DNA from: Octopus sinensis
Taxonomy: Eukaryota
Direction of reading: 5' to 3'
DNA: 64,000 nucleotides
Assembly: GCF_006345805.1 (NCBI RefSeq)
Contig: NC_043015.1
Coordinates: forward strand, 30,008,001-30,072,000
Shown: in pieces, positions 26,313 to 39,504 of the stretch
Numbering within the stretch: the first letter of the stretch is position 1
How the letters are laid out: every line of letters begins with the position of its first letter
The notes under the pieces: model-generated
Seen by the model: the letters and a program-made list of their open reading frames with translations, nothing else
What the model was told of the DNA's origin: nothing
Database searches by the model: none
Program-made: the position numbers and the translations under genes

Positions 26313-27719
26313 ATATGGTGAATCTTTTACAACCAATTAAAGAAATGAAGCAGGCATTTAGTGTTTTACTGTGGACTAAATTACACCACGACTTGTCTAG
26401 ATTTCTGGGGGTTTTTTTTTCATATTCTGACACAACAGGAAAACGAAAGAGGCAGAGTGTGAGTGAGAGAAGAGGAAATAAGATCTCAACGAACTTTAAG
26501 AGTGAGAGAAGAGTGGAATATGAGTTTAGCTTGTGGCAAAGGTTGGTGGAATCTACGTTTCGTGTAAATTATGCTGTATGAAATATATATATGTATGTAT
26601 ATTATGATGGTGATCTAATTGCGATTCTCGGTATTAATCAGCGTGAGAAGACGGACTTTCGATAAATATCTAGTCGTGTAAGGTAGACTTATATATATAT
26701 ATATATATATATTACAAGCCACGAGTCTATATAATGTGATCGTGCGACCAGCTAGGGAGTGAGTAACAGAGAAAAATCTCATTCAAAAATCACTCCCAAT
26801 CTACACATACAAACCATAAAATAAAGCAAAAAAAGACATTGGACAAGGTCTGAAATGACATGATGGGGGGATGGTCGTGGCTGGAATGCCTTTGGATTTA
26901 TACGAATGCCACTCGATCAGGAGCTAAACAACGAAATTACATTGCTATGGTGTACCATTTGTATGCGTGTGTAATTGTTTAGCCATAGTTGAGTTGTAAT
27001 GTGATCGAAAAACCTTTCAATCTCAACCACACCATCTGTTTTTTTCTTTTCCATTTCCACAGATTATCCCCCGGGACGACTTTATACGTAGGTACACGAC
27101 ATTTTTACCCACCCAAAAGACGATGAGAGGGTCAAATAAGGGTGGTTTTTTGAGTCTCTGTTCCTAGCCTGGTCGGGACGACCGCCTATCTTCGTCGTTC
27201 GGGTCGGTGTGTGTGTAAGTAAATGTTATTATGGTATAGGCATGGTTGGTGGTGCAGCTGTTATGTATTTTCTCTGTGTGTGTGCTGATCGGTTTCAGAA
27301 CAGAAAATGAAAAAAATATGAAGGTAAAGGACATTCTGAAATGAGGAAGGAATTAACCAACGACAAGAGGGAGAGAGAGAGCAGAGCAGAGAAGAGAAGA
27401 GAAAACACAGAGAGAAACAGGTCAGCTAAGTAGCGAATACGACCAACTCTGCCATACAACAAACAGTTTTCTCTGTGAGTGTCTGTGGTATAGAAAGCAA
27501 CGTTGGTGTAATGCAATACCAACGAAATTGTGTGTCTGTGTATGTGTGTATATATGTGTGTATATATATGTGTATATATATGTGTATATAAAGAAAAAAG
27601 GTATTGAGAATGCTGTGATATGTAAATAAATATATTTTTTTACAACCATCCAGCATTCTGAACACCTTTTTTTCTTTCATATGTATTAAATCTGTACATC
27701 ACCCCCCAATACTTCTAAC

Positions 27720-27856
27720 ATACATACATATATATATGTATATGTATGTATGTATATATATATGTATATATGTATATATATATATGTATATATATGTATG
27801 TATGTATATATATGTATATATATGTATGTATGTATATATGTATGTATGTATATATG

Positions 27857-27893
<37 letters not shown>

Positions 27894-27960
27894 GTATATA
27901 TATATATATATATGTATGTATATATGTATGTATGTATATATTAGAGAGAGAGAGAGAGAT
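27720..27960. repeat. (TATG/TA)n microsatellite
   Basis: Direct inspection. Confidence 0.95.
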
Positions 27961-28608
27961 AAAAAGGAAAAACGATAAAAGTGATGGGATGTTATATGTG
28001 TGTGTTATATGTAATAAATATGTATGTAAGTATGTATGTATACACAGCTGTTTATGGTGAGTATATATGTATATCCATACAATGTTAGGATGATTTTTTT
28101 CTTTACATAGTGGACGCTAATTGCTGTTTAAGACCCAGGGTAGCGCTAATTGAAGTTAAGTAGACCCGTGATCAAGTCGTTCCAGCCGTGGCAAAACCTC
28201 TTAGTTTTATTCCCTCCGTCGTAGTGTATATCCTGAAAAACTACCTCATCTAATATAAACCATCACCATTTGTTATTAAAGACAATAAGGTGTGTGATTC
28301 GAGAGAGAACTTGGCTGGTATTTCTGGCAGGTCGAATATCCAGAGCCTGTCCTCTCGCTCCCTTATACATATTACATATATATACATATTATATATATCC
28401 TTTAAAATGTATTAGCCCGAAGGCCGCGGCCATGCTGGGGCACCATATATGTATGTATATGTATATATATCTATATATATGTTGTTGCTGGTTTAAGAGT
28501 CATAGCAGATGGATAGAGTGCTTCGTGTGTGCGTGTATATTATATATACATATGTATATATGTATATATATATAATGATACTGACATAGACATCAAACTT
28601 TAACTTAC

Positions 28609-29160
28609 CTCAACGATCGTTGTTCATCAGAAAAATGGAGATTTTCAATATAATATAATATATTGTATTTTTTTATGAAACAAGCGTTAATTAAAAGCGA
28701 ATAATGTATGAGGTGCTTCTCGTTAGACATACATACGTGTATGTAGGTGTGTGTATATATATTATTTTTTTTTTTTCGTCTCTTTTGTTAATAATAACGA
28801 TAGATCTCGTAGCTTTTTTTTCTCCTGTCCGTTCCAGAGCCGTGGCGCCGGTCAATCAATGTTTATCTGTCGCTGGCGTCCTCATGCTCCGTGACAAACA
28901 CGTCCAAGTAACGGGCCTTGCCATTGGTCAACGTTCACTTCATACGTAACAAAAAAAACACTATACATAACACAACAACGTCTACAACAAAACAAATAAA
29001 AATTACTTCGCCGTCGTCGTCGTGGTGTGTGCGGCAGAGGCCTCCTCCCATTGGTCGATATTCGTGCGCACAGCTACAAAGGAGCGTTTTCATTGGTCGG
29101 TTTTATTGTTAAGTTTGGCCGTCGACTGTAAACCACGAGGTTATCCGATTGGCTGTTTTG
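28609..29160 (-). promoter_or_regulatory. Putative promoter plus non-coding first exon of an unidentified leftward gene
   Basis: CpG-enriched, repeat-free island. Four CCAAT boxes in one orientation (ATTGG on + at 28923, 29050, 29092, 29148) and a strong minus-strand donor GAG|gtaagt at 28609/28608. Confidence 0.6.
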
Positions 29161-29829
29161 CACACCACATGACTCCGGCAATATCTCCAACACCACCGAG
29201 CCCTACCTCTGTCTTTTTCATGTGTGTTTCCTTATATCGTTTCTTTGGTTGTTAATTGTGTATAAATTTCTATGTCTGTCTTCCTTTCTCTGTATCTGTT
29301 TCTGACTTGGAGGTCTTTCGTATTATTATTATTATTAAATAGACTAAAGAAACATGAAGGAGAAGAGGAGATTAGCGAGGAAGACATGCTTTATATGGTG
29401 ATTTTCAATGAAAGGACGACGAAACCACAACGGGATGCTTTGTATAATGACATCTAGACGTGCGTGATCTGCAAGAAACAACAGCCTAAATCACATACTC
29501 TTACGTATTCATGAAAAAGAGGGAGGACACATACGATAAATGTAGTTTTGGATATATTTATTATGTCTGCATAAAATATTGGATGGTCACCAACTAGGAA
29601 GGCGTTGATCATAGGGTCTGCTAGACAAAGGCTGACCTGGGGCTAAAATAACGACATCATTAATATTTCTAGACAAATTGCATTTTATTTACCGTTTGAA
29701 AAATCAACTTAGCACGCTCTCAAGTATATTGCTTCCTCCACATCCAGTGAAAACAATTTGGGTTTTCGGAATAACTATTTTTTATGTCCGGAAATTGCTT
29801 CCACGTGATCTTTATTAGTGTGTGAATAT

Positions 29830-29854
29830 TATCTATCTATCTATCTATTTGTCC

Positions 29855-29888
<34 letters not shown>

Positions 29889-30125
29889 TTGTCTATCTAT
29901 CTATCTGTCCATCTATCTATCTATCTATCTATTTGTCTATCTATCTATCTGCCCATCTATCTATCTATCTATCTATTTGTCTATCTATCTATCTATTTAT
30001 CTATCTATTTGTCCATCTATCTATCTATTTGTCTATCTATCTATCTATCTATTTGTCTATCTATCTGTCCATCTATCTATCTATTTATCTATCTATCTAT
30101 TTATTTATTTATCTATCTATCTATC
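29830..30125. repeat. (CTAT)n tetranucleotide microsatellite
   Basis: Direct inspection. Confidence 0.97.
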
Positions 30126-30485
30126 CACACACATTTAAATACATATTACATATATGTATATTGCATTGCGTGCCTTTCCTACAGCAGTCCTACTTATAAC
30201 ATGTAATTCATTAAACTGAAACATTTTAGAGAATTAATATTTTATGTTTTCCCCTGACTTCTCAAATTTTTCATTCATCATCAGTGTTTTAAAACTATTT
30301 ATACCTTCTCTCTATGATCTATTTCTGAACTACGCCATACAAGCTTTTTCCTCTTTTATTTGACAATTCTTACGATTTCCATAGCAACTATTTCCTCTGT
30401 TTAACGCTCTGCAGATATAATCACGCGCTTCTTAATCCATTCACCAACCATATATATATACATATATATATACACATATATATAT

Positions 30486-30586
<101 letters not shown>

Positions 30587-31401
30587 AAAACGTCTTTAAA
30601 GCAAAGAGGGAGCGTCTACATAGTCGTTCGACTTGGGTAGTTACAGCAACCAGATTCACCTGAAAATCACACCGTAGTCTTGAAAAGGAGAACTACATTA
30701 CATCATATGGTTGGGTCCTTATATACACAAAAGACAGCATCATCAGGACCGACCTCGGGCTAAAACGAAGAAAACAAAGCATGTCCATCACTTAAAATGA
30801 TGCTGGACTTATAAATCCATCGGGGATACGACATACATGTTCTGAAAAAGGTATATTAAGACCATACAGAGGTGATATAGCTTTCTATTGAGAGGCATTG
30901 AGAATCGATGGATGTTTTAAACTAAGTCCACACGAGTTGGAAATTCTCTCTCTTAACTTATTCCTGTCAGCTCTGAATAAATAAACCTGATATGTTACAT
31001 ACATCTACATATACATACGTGCGTGTGTATATGTTTGTAGATGTATGGTTACATGGGTATATGCATGGAATATCTTTGGGTAAAAATGCGTATATACATA
31101 TTCTGTCTATATGAATTGGTTATAAGGATTCGACATCAACACATAAAATGCCAGAAATGGCTAGATACAAAAACATACAGTTCACAGAAGAGGAAACAAT
31201 ACGAATTGGTAGGATACTGCAGATAAGTACCGAATCCAATTTAAACCATAGATCTAACTCTGGGGTTGATTCCAGGTGTTGCGCAGGTATAAAAAGAAGA
31301 CACAAATACCGTTTAAAATCTACGACAGCTGTTTTCACATCAATAGAATTCTACCAAAACAGCTGTCGTAAATTTTAAACGCCATTTATGTTATCTTCAT
31401 A

Positions 31402-31434
<33 letters not shown>

Positions 31435-31436
<2 letters not shown>

Positions 31437-31598
31437 TACTACTAGCGAACAGTGGTCCCGGTGCGCGCACTCGCGCTAGCTAGTCGTGACTAGTCGATCC
31501 TACAATGACTACCTAGCAAAGTAAATAAAACACAAATTAAGGATCGACTAGTCATGACTAGCTAGCGCGCACCGGGACCACTGTTCTCAAGTAGTACC
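31435..31598. mobile_element. Fold-back MITE inserted in (TA)n
   Basis: Inverted arms of about 60 bp, ggtactactagcgaacagtggtcccggtgcgcg... / ...cgcgcaccgggaccactgttctcaagtagtacc. Confidence 0.85.
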
Positions 31599-31859
31599 TA
31601 TATATATATATATCTTATACACACATGCATATCCAAATATTAAACTTCTTCAAGCGGACGACGAAGCCAATGTGTCAACCTGTCAGCAACAGCAACTAAA
31701 TCTTATAATAAAAATTGCACTTTTTTCACCATCCCATCTCTGTTCAGATACAATACAGTGTATGAAATGTTGTCCATCCCTTTTTAAGAAGGACGATTTC
31801 TACACGTAGAAGATTTGGCTGCTATTCCTAGCAGGTCCGAGTTATCACAATCAGGCTGT

Positions 31860-33050
31860 ACTGTCGTCCACTTCGTGGCAGTATAAAAACTGGTTGAGTG
31901 GTGGGATTGATGGAGAGGTGTTACTTGTGGTGTTTGAAGGAGTGTGCGGCATTGTCCATAAACCTTTTCAAACCCTTCGACACGGGTGAGCTTGATACTA
32001 TCGATGTTCCTTGAAAATTATTACAGGTAAACACCTGAGAAGAAGGACTAAGGGAGGTGTATGACGGTTAGTGTGTCCGAGAGAAGACTGCGCGTACCAT
32101 GAGAGATAAAACGAGGAGAGAGTCGGGGGTATCTGAGTGGTGGGGTACGAGTCTAACCATCTCTGAGAAACTGAGACCAGTATAGTAACGGTAAAATAAT
32201 AATGATAACGGGGAGAGGATAGAGCACGGCTAGGGGCTGGACCATGTCTGTTCTGTTAATGATAGAATACCATTTAGTCAAACAGTCCTTCGCTTGATGC
32301 GGTCTGGGATGTCTGTGTGTCGCTGCAGCACCGTCCCAGATGTAGCAGCAGCAGCAGTACTCGAGTTTGTAAGGTGTCAGCAGTAACTGAAAAATTTCCT
32401 AACCCGAAGAGAAGGGCCTTAGCTATTCTAAGGATGAGCTTTCGCCAGAAGAGATCCTCTATGCCAGTGGTTTTCAACCAGGGTTCCGCAAGAAGTTACA
32501 AAACTGCTAAAATCGGCAGTAATTTTTAATTCTCCAGTGCAGATATGTATGCATAAGACTATTAAATTATTGCACAGGGGCTCCTCGAGGTAGTGGAATG
32601 TTTCCTTGGGGTTCCGCCCCAGCAAACAGTTTGAAAAGCACTGCTCTATCTAACGAGACCCAGAATTTGAAGTAACTGTGAGGAGATTGAATACCGTTCA
32701 TGAATTGCGGGAGTGGGGTATGATGGTGTTTTCTTTATATAAGTAGTGCTTCAATTATGTTTTTCTCTCAAGCGAAACAAGGTGGTAAGGGCCCACGGTA
32801 TCAGTTCAAGTTTAGCAATGATATCTAGGCTATGAGGATGATGCATAGGTGGGGGAAGTTAGGGGAGAATGACAGGTTGTGTCAATTTGCATAGGAGTGG
32901 GCGTTGTTGGGTGTGACTGGGACAGAAAGAGCCCCGTCAACACATTTTGTAACGATCGGTTAGGAAGCTACAAAGAGACGGCAGGGGAGCTTGTAAATAG
33001 GATGTTTTGATAGGAGATATGTATGTCAGTTACGGTCAAAGGTTTTACTG
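31860..33050 (-). mobile_element. Old LINE (endonuclease-region) remnant
   Basis: Higher-GC, decayed coding-like sequence with many stops; interrupted by an hAT MITE. Family not determined. Confidence 0.4.
32465..32643. mobile_element. hAT/Charlie-like MITE
   Basis: TIRs cagtggttttcaac / gtttgaaaagcactg; imperfect 8-bp TSD ctctatgc / ctctatct. Confidence 0.8.
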
Positions 33051-33634
33051 ATTGTCAATAGCAACAACATTGCTTTCACCGACTGGATTAGTCACTACTA
33101 GTATTTTAAATAGGAAGTAACCAAGTAAAAGAAACAAAATAAAAGATGTGTTGGTGCTCTGAGTTAAAACACTAGACAGGCCGCTGAGATCAGAGAAAAA
33201 TAATTTGGCTGCTAGTTCTAAAATGTTTAAAAGCGACCACACAGAAGTTCCCGCCTTGGTTTGTATAGCACGGTGGTATTGATCAGTTGAGGTCGACTTT
33301 GCCTTTCATCCTTTCGGGGTCGATAAATTAAGTACCAGTTACGCACTGGAGTCAGTGTAATCGACTTAATACCTATGTCTGTCCTTGTTTGTCCCCTCTA
33401 TGTTTTAGCCCATTGTGGGTAATAAAGAAATAGGTATTGATCAGTTAAGAAAATGATTGATCGAACTCATTCAATTGAACATTAGGATCTTTTCAATTTG
33501 ATGGCCAGATTATTTAATAAATTTTTTTTTATCTAAATATTACAATCTAACCAGATACCAGTTGCTTGTCTGTCTGTTATTTCGTAACGAAGAAGTATGA
33601 TAGTATTTCCCGGTTAAAATTTTTTGTTTTATTA

Positions 33635-34035
33635 TATCTTGCGCATGCGCCCTGAAACTTGGTCATGCGCAATCTAAATGAAGTTCAAAAGATTGATGGT
33701 GGTGGTTGTCTTTGGATATTTCCTTGTAGAAATTCGATCGTGTCCATCACTTATTTTTAAAACGTTCCCACTGTTAATGTCCTACATTTTTTATATCTTA
33801 AGGAACCTTCATTTGATTTTCGTACATTTTGGGGGCATTCCAGGTGGGAATAATACAAGTATTATGCCACAACGAAATTTTTTTTTTTCACATGTAAACA
33901 TTAAATATGAGAAATGGATTCCCTGACTTCGCTCGTCGACTTCACTTCACCCGTATCGAGTAGGCTGCATGTCGACATCTAAATCGAAATTAGAACAAAT
34001 GCCAGCGCTGTGAAGTGACCCGCTTTACTCGAAGT
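33635..34035. promoter_or_regulatory. CpG-enriched promoter-like region with NRF1-type motifs
   Basis: TGCGCATGCGC at about 33640 and CATGCGCA at about 33665 with elevated CpG; plausible promoter of the 38087 ORF (inference). Confidence 0.4.
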
Positions 34036-34324
34036 AAATATTCGAAGCATTTCGATGGAAATGCTGCAAAATGTGGCTTGCGAAGTCTTATTTATATATG
34101 GAATGCCTTCCCTCATTCAAACGACGTATTTTTTGTTCATAGACACGTCTCATCAGATAATGATGTCCCAATTGAGAATATCTGATAAGATTGTCGCTGA
34201 GTGGAATGATTTTCAAGGAATATTTGACGTGAAATGGATTGAAAATATCATATTTCGGGGAAGGTGGACGGAATATGTTGAAATATATTAATAAATAAAT
34301 GGGTAAATTTTCCGAGTAACATTC

Positions 34325-34753
34325 GCACGATTTTCACTAAGAAAAAAGGCAATCTTTCGTCTCTAGTAGACCTTTCCGTCGACTTCCGTAAAAAATTTTT
34401 TTTTTTACATATGGGCTTGCGGGAACTTTTGAAGTAATGAGAGCGAAAGAGACTAAGAGAAAGCGATTTTATGACGAGGGAAGTTCTTTTGAAGTTACCG
34501 TGCATGGGAGCATTGATGTACATGTGTGTGTGTGTGGGAGACAGACAGTATGTTGTGTAAGTGAAGTGCTTCTGTTAGTGTGTGTGAAGAGACAGAGAGA
34601 GTAATGTGTGAAAGAAAGAGATAACTGAAATTTTTTACTCGGTGTATGTGTATATGTATGTATATTACTTCAAAAGTTCCCGCAAGCCCATATGTAAAAA
34701 AAAATATTTTTTTACGGAAATCGTCGGAAAGATCGCCAGAAAAAAAAATCGTG
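34325..34753. mobile_element. Fold-back DNA element
   Basis: Perfect inverted core ttacatatgggcttgcgggaacttttgaagtaat / attacttcaaaagttcccgcaagcccatatgtaa with weaker outer arms. Confidence 0.8.
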
Positions 34754-36530
34754 CAGGTGTTACTCTGAAAATTTACCATAATTTTTTTCTTTTGCCGAAA
34801 ACAAAAGGATGGTGGCAGGATAGATTAACATCGGTGGGTATTTGGGGGGTCAACGTTGCAGGAAACTTGGATTTCTGATCGAAATGTGATTGCGTATGAT
34901 TGAAACTGGTGATTAGGATAAGTATAGTTATAAAGAGAAAATTTGCTGATTATACAGAGAATGATATTCATATTGCAGTTCCTCTGGAAGAGAAATAAAT
35001 ACAAGCTTGTAAACCAGTTTTGAATGACTGAAATAATTTATTTAAAGTTATACGAACGAGTTCATGTGGTAGGAAAATTAATGCTCGAAAAAAATTTAGA
35101 ACTTCTTTCGTCTATTTTGGCAATTGTAGCAGAGAAAGGGATATTCTTTCACTACGATCATGAAATTACCAAATTTTCGTAAGCAAATCGTTATTAAAAA
35201 CCGAAAATTTGAGAAATGTTTTTCCTAATAGTAACGTCTATTTAAAAACGCGGATTTCAAAAACCGAATAAAAGAGAAAAAAAAAACAGAAAATGGGAGG
35301 ATGGGCGTTTAAAAATTTGAAAAGCTTTAGTTTTTTGGCAAAATCATAATCCCCATTGCTGGAGAATTTCTTTAAAAGAAAGGACGAGGTGTCTATCCAT
35401 CACATCTGATGGTTACTAAATAATGATGTGATAATGAAACCAAAACAATCCGAGGAAAATTACAAAACTAGTCAGGGGTATCTCGAAATCAGCGGAACGA
35501 ATGTGCAACTGTTCAAAATTTCCTTATTAAATGGAAGTATTTGATATTAATTTTGGTTGAATATTTTCAAATCTATTTTTAATTTCTTGGGAATGGTTCC
35601 AGCTTTATGATTATTATTTTAGGGATTGTGACTTTACTATTAATCCCCCAGATAGGTAACTAAAACCAAAGATTTCCATAGTGTCAATATTTCCAGTTTC
35701 AGAGAATACCCTTCGTGATTTTTGCCTTTTTTTTTTTTTAGCTGGTGGTTCGTTTCCAAGATCCCATGAAAGTGAAAGTAATTCACTTTGTCAAAAGTGC
35801 TTTCTTTCATGATAAAAAGTGAATGGAGAGCATATTTAAGAGAAATAATAAAGTTTTCTTATATCTTTAATATTTAGGTTACTGTGGAAAAATGCGGCGT
35901 AATTTCCAGAAAATAAGCTGTGTATAAAAATACCACAGTGTACTAGAAACACCGAAACGAAGCATTAAAATAGCAACACTTCATGAGGTACAGAGAGAAC
36001 AAACATTTCTAAAAGATGTAATTTCCTCAAGTAACAATATAAATTTTTTTTAAACTAGTTAAAATCTTTCATTTCAGTATTTCAAGTATATCACGTTAAG
36101 GTCTTTATTTATTCCCATTCTTTGGAAATTACACTGCGATCCTCCACATTTATTTTTTTTCCTGAGACTTTTTTTTTTCATGTGAAAAAGTCTGTTAAAT
36201 AACGAAAGGCATTTACCGATTACTGCATCGCTGAATTGGGAATTAATCTTAAACGATGCCACAAACTCAACGGTAGACTAGATGTCACCAAATATGTTGC
36301 AAATATACCTCAGAAGACCCTTTCGTTGCGATGTTGATCATCAGCTGCGTCGTACACTAATCTATCTCCCACTTTGAGTCGGCCGCGTTCAGCCATTTCT
36401 ATGCACAACATAAGATTTCTGTTTCGCAACAAATCTTTTTATCTTTTACTTGTTTTGATCATTAGACTGCAGCCATGCTGGGGCATCGCCTTGGGGAAGT
36501 TTAGTCGGTAAATTTGGACAAGTACATCCG

Positions 36531-36985
36531 CACGCGGTTCACTAAGAAAAAAAGACCTCGGATTTTTCGCGTGGAATCAAGTACCCTGAGCTCCTAATAT
36601 GCCGCAAACCTCTTGTTTTGGTTCGGGAAAAGGGTGGAGAGGAATCGGAATCCCCCTCCCTTCCCACAAGTAGTAGAAAATAATTTTTCTTTTTCGTTGA
36701 ATGAATTAGGGTGACCTCCTAATATGCCACAAAACACTTTTTGTCCGGAAAACGGGTGGGGGTGAGGCAGGACAAAGAAATATGTTTTGTGGTATATTAG
36801 GAGGTCACCGTAATTCATTCAACGAAAAACAAAAGCATTTTCCAATAATTCCAGGGAGAGTTCCGATTCCACACACCCTCTCCTTTTTCCCGAACCAAAA
36901 TAAAGGGTTTGTGGCATATTAGGAGGTCCGGGTACTTGATTTCACGCGAAAAATCCAAGGTTTTTTTCTCTTAATGAACTGTATG
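36531..36985. mobile_element. Fold-back DNA element with arms of about 200 bp
   Basis: 36531-36737 is an imperfect reverse complement of 36783-36985; shares ttcactaagaaaaaa with the 34325 element. Confidence 0.85.
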
Positions 36986-38086
36986 TTTTGTCAAACAAGG
37001 GCATAAACACACCAACACCACTTGTCAAGTGGCGTAACCATGTGGTTCATAAGCAATCTACTTACCACACAGTCACTCCTATGCCTATGTTTATTGTTTA
37101 GCTCTAAAATTTTTGTTCCATGTCACCTGCAAGTGTCCAACTTTCATGCCTGTACAATAAGATTAAAGTGACCAGAGATATGTATGGTTTGAGCTTTGTG
37201 GGGGAAAATCTGGCTTATCAATATGATGTTCAGTTTATATCATGGCAGACAAAGTCAAGCTAAGTTAGTTTTTATCTCTTTTGAGCTCTGTTATCCTTGC
37301 TCAAAGTGAAATGAGAAGATATAATCTATATTACAGGAACCTACCATAGAAAGAGTATGTGAAATGTTGGAAAGATGTGATGAGAAAGGTGGGTGTTAGT
37401 AACCCAGCTTAATCATCAAAGAAAGGAAAAAATTAGTTGCTGGGCTTTATAGGCTGCCGGGATCAAAATTTGGAACCTGCATTTTCCCCCTTTTTTCGTT
37501 TTAACATATGTTATGGTTTCTATTTTTATGAAAAAAAAAAACGCACGAAAGTTCTCATTGCAAAGGCAAAAGTAAGCCAATGATTCGTTTAAAGGCAAAA
37601 GTAAGCCAAGTTTTCGTTTATGTCATATTACAACTAAATTTTTAAGTCTCGTTTGAACTCATATAACATTCTGTGTATTTGTCCGTCTTGTTATGTCCCT
37701 ATCTATGTAAGATCGCAAGACAATAATAAAGATTTACATCTAAATACTAAAAACTTACATTATATTCATGGGGGTATGAAACAAAAACCATCAGAAGAAT
37801 TCATTTTATCTATAAAACTGCAAAATGCAATGTAATGCAAAGACAAAAACAGGAGGAAAATTGTGATGTCATAAAGCAGTTAGATATGATCTACCAGTTT
37901 TGATATTTTCAGTAAACCAGTTGCAGTGAAAATTTTCACATTTCGAATAAATATTTAATTGTAAAAGTTTTGTAGCTCCACATGTGGGCCAAATACTTTT
38001 AGAAGATATTAGTTCTTTGAAGAATTTAGTGTAATTTTAAAGAACAAGGAAGGTTCGGCATAAAAGAATTTTGGTCATCTTAAGAA

Positions 38087-38542
38087 ATGAGTGATTCAAG
38101 TCATAAACAACGCTATGAGAAAAGGGGATTCAAGCCAATGGAAAAGGAGCAGTTAGATGTGGTGCATTTTCCAAACAATCCTATCATTACAAACTGGGAA
38201 CGGCTGGAAAAAGAGCGACTGAAGAAATTAGATTTAGGATTTAACCGGTTGCAAGGTTCTGTTTATCAGATAGAATTAGCAAAAGAACTTAAGAAACAGC
38301 GGGAATTGGGTCCAAGTGCAAAAATGAAAAGATCACCAACTCCTGATGAAGAGGAGGAAGTGGAAGAAGAACATGTGTCATCTGGAGGTCAAATATCCTT
38401 TAATCAACTAGCTCCCTTTAAAACTTACAAAACAAAACATTCCTGTGGTTATTTCTTTGATTATGAAAATCAACACAAACGAATTCGGAGAGGAATTCCT
38501 CCTTGCAATTTACCATATTGGCAATCTAGGCCAAAATATTAA
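38087..38542 (+). CDS. Hypothetical 151-aa protein, single coding exon, family not recognised
   Basis: ATG-to-TAA ORF with an in-frame stop two codons upstream. Composition is non-repetitive and hydrophilic (K/E/R-rich helix, acidic run, aromatic C-terminus). Acceptor-like ttttgtag at 37975 and ATTAAA near 38706. Confidence 0.75.
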   Translation: MSDSSHKQRYEKRGFKPMEKEQLDVVHFPNNPIITNWERLEKERLKKLDLGFNRLQGSVYQIELAKELKKQRELGPSAKMKRSPTPDEEEEVEEEHVSSGGQISFNQLAPFKTYKTKHSCGYFFDYENQHKRIRRGIPPCNLPYWQSRPKY

Positions 38543-38799
38543 AACAGAATCATATCCAAACACACTCAGATATATATATATATATATATGATGTGTAACT
38601 CTGGGTACTTGAACCAGAGAATGCAGCTTTAAAGATCAAAATCATATATCTAACATAAGGTATGCATAGCATGTATGTACTGTCTTTCAGAAAAAAAAAA
38701 AATTGTATTAAAATCTGATTTGTAATTTTTATTCCTTTATCATTGCATGCTTTCCATTCAGCACCACAGGTACATAAATACATACAAGATGCATTCCAG

Positions 38800-39460
38800 A
38801 AGTTTTGAAATGGTTCCAGATGTGACATTTATTAATTTCAAAGTACTTGAGTCACCTTATGTAGACCGCCATGGAAGTCCTCCAAAGTGAAGATGTCCAG
38901 GACCCTTGTCACAACCACTTTCAAAATGACTGCCTCTGACTTTCTCCTTCAGCTTGGGGGTACTGCAGGGAGGGTGCGGAACAGTTTCGATGCCCCACCT
39001 CTGGTAAGTAGTCAGTCACCAGGATGGAACCGTTACATTATCCTGGGGCAGGTGCTCTAACCTTTTGTGATGAAATCTCTTCCCGAACTCTCTCAAAACC
39101 TTCACAACATACTTTCTGTTGACTGTTTCATCAGAGGGGACCCAGTGGATGTAGATGATGCCTTTGCTGTCAAAAAAAGGGGATCATTGAGCCTCCTGAT
39201 GGACTTGTTTTGCTTGGCCTCATGGGACAGCGAAAAACATGCTCAGCTCATACAAGTTAATCCAAAAGCACTCTAGAGTATTTCATACCTTTCTGTAGTG
39301 TTTCTGCCCAGTTTAACACAGAACTTTATTCAATAGCAAGCTTCCAAACTGTCTTTACATCCCAGTGCATTCTGCAAGCTAGTCAGCTGTTAGAAAAAAT
39401 ATTTAGCAGGGTGTTATTCAAAGTGCAGTAAAAACCATCTCCTTCAATCTGGAATAGCAA
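38800..39460 (-). mobile_element. Decayed mariner element
   Basis: Residual similarity to the transposase N-terminus (IKFCVKLG) and to the HPP.SP region; many lesions. Confidence 0.65.
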
Positions 39461-39504
39461 AAGTTTGCAAGTCATCTTATTAGGTGAATAGTAATGATAT
39501 ATTA

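Noticed and set aside
29020-29155. ER-stress element (CCAAT-N9-CCACG)
   Set aside because: CCAAT and CCACG words are present but spacing and orientation do not match.
23946-30206. Long ORFs rich in YI/HT/LSIY (also 17769-18249)
   Set aside because: Translations of microsatellites; no coding signal.
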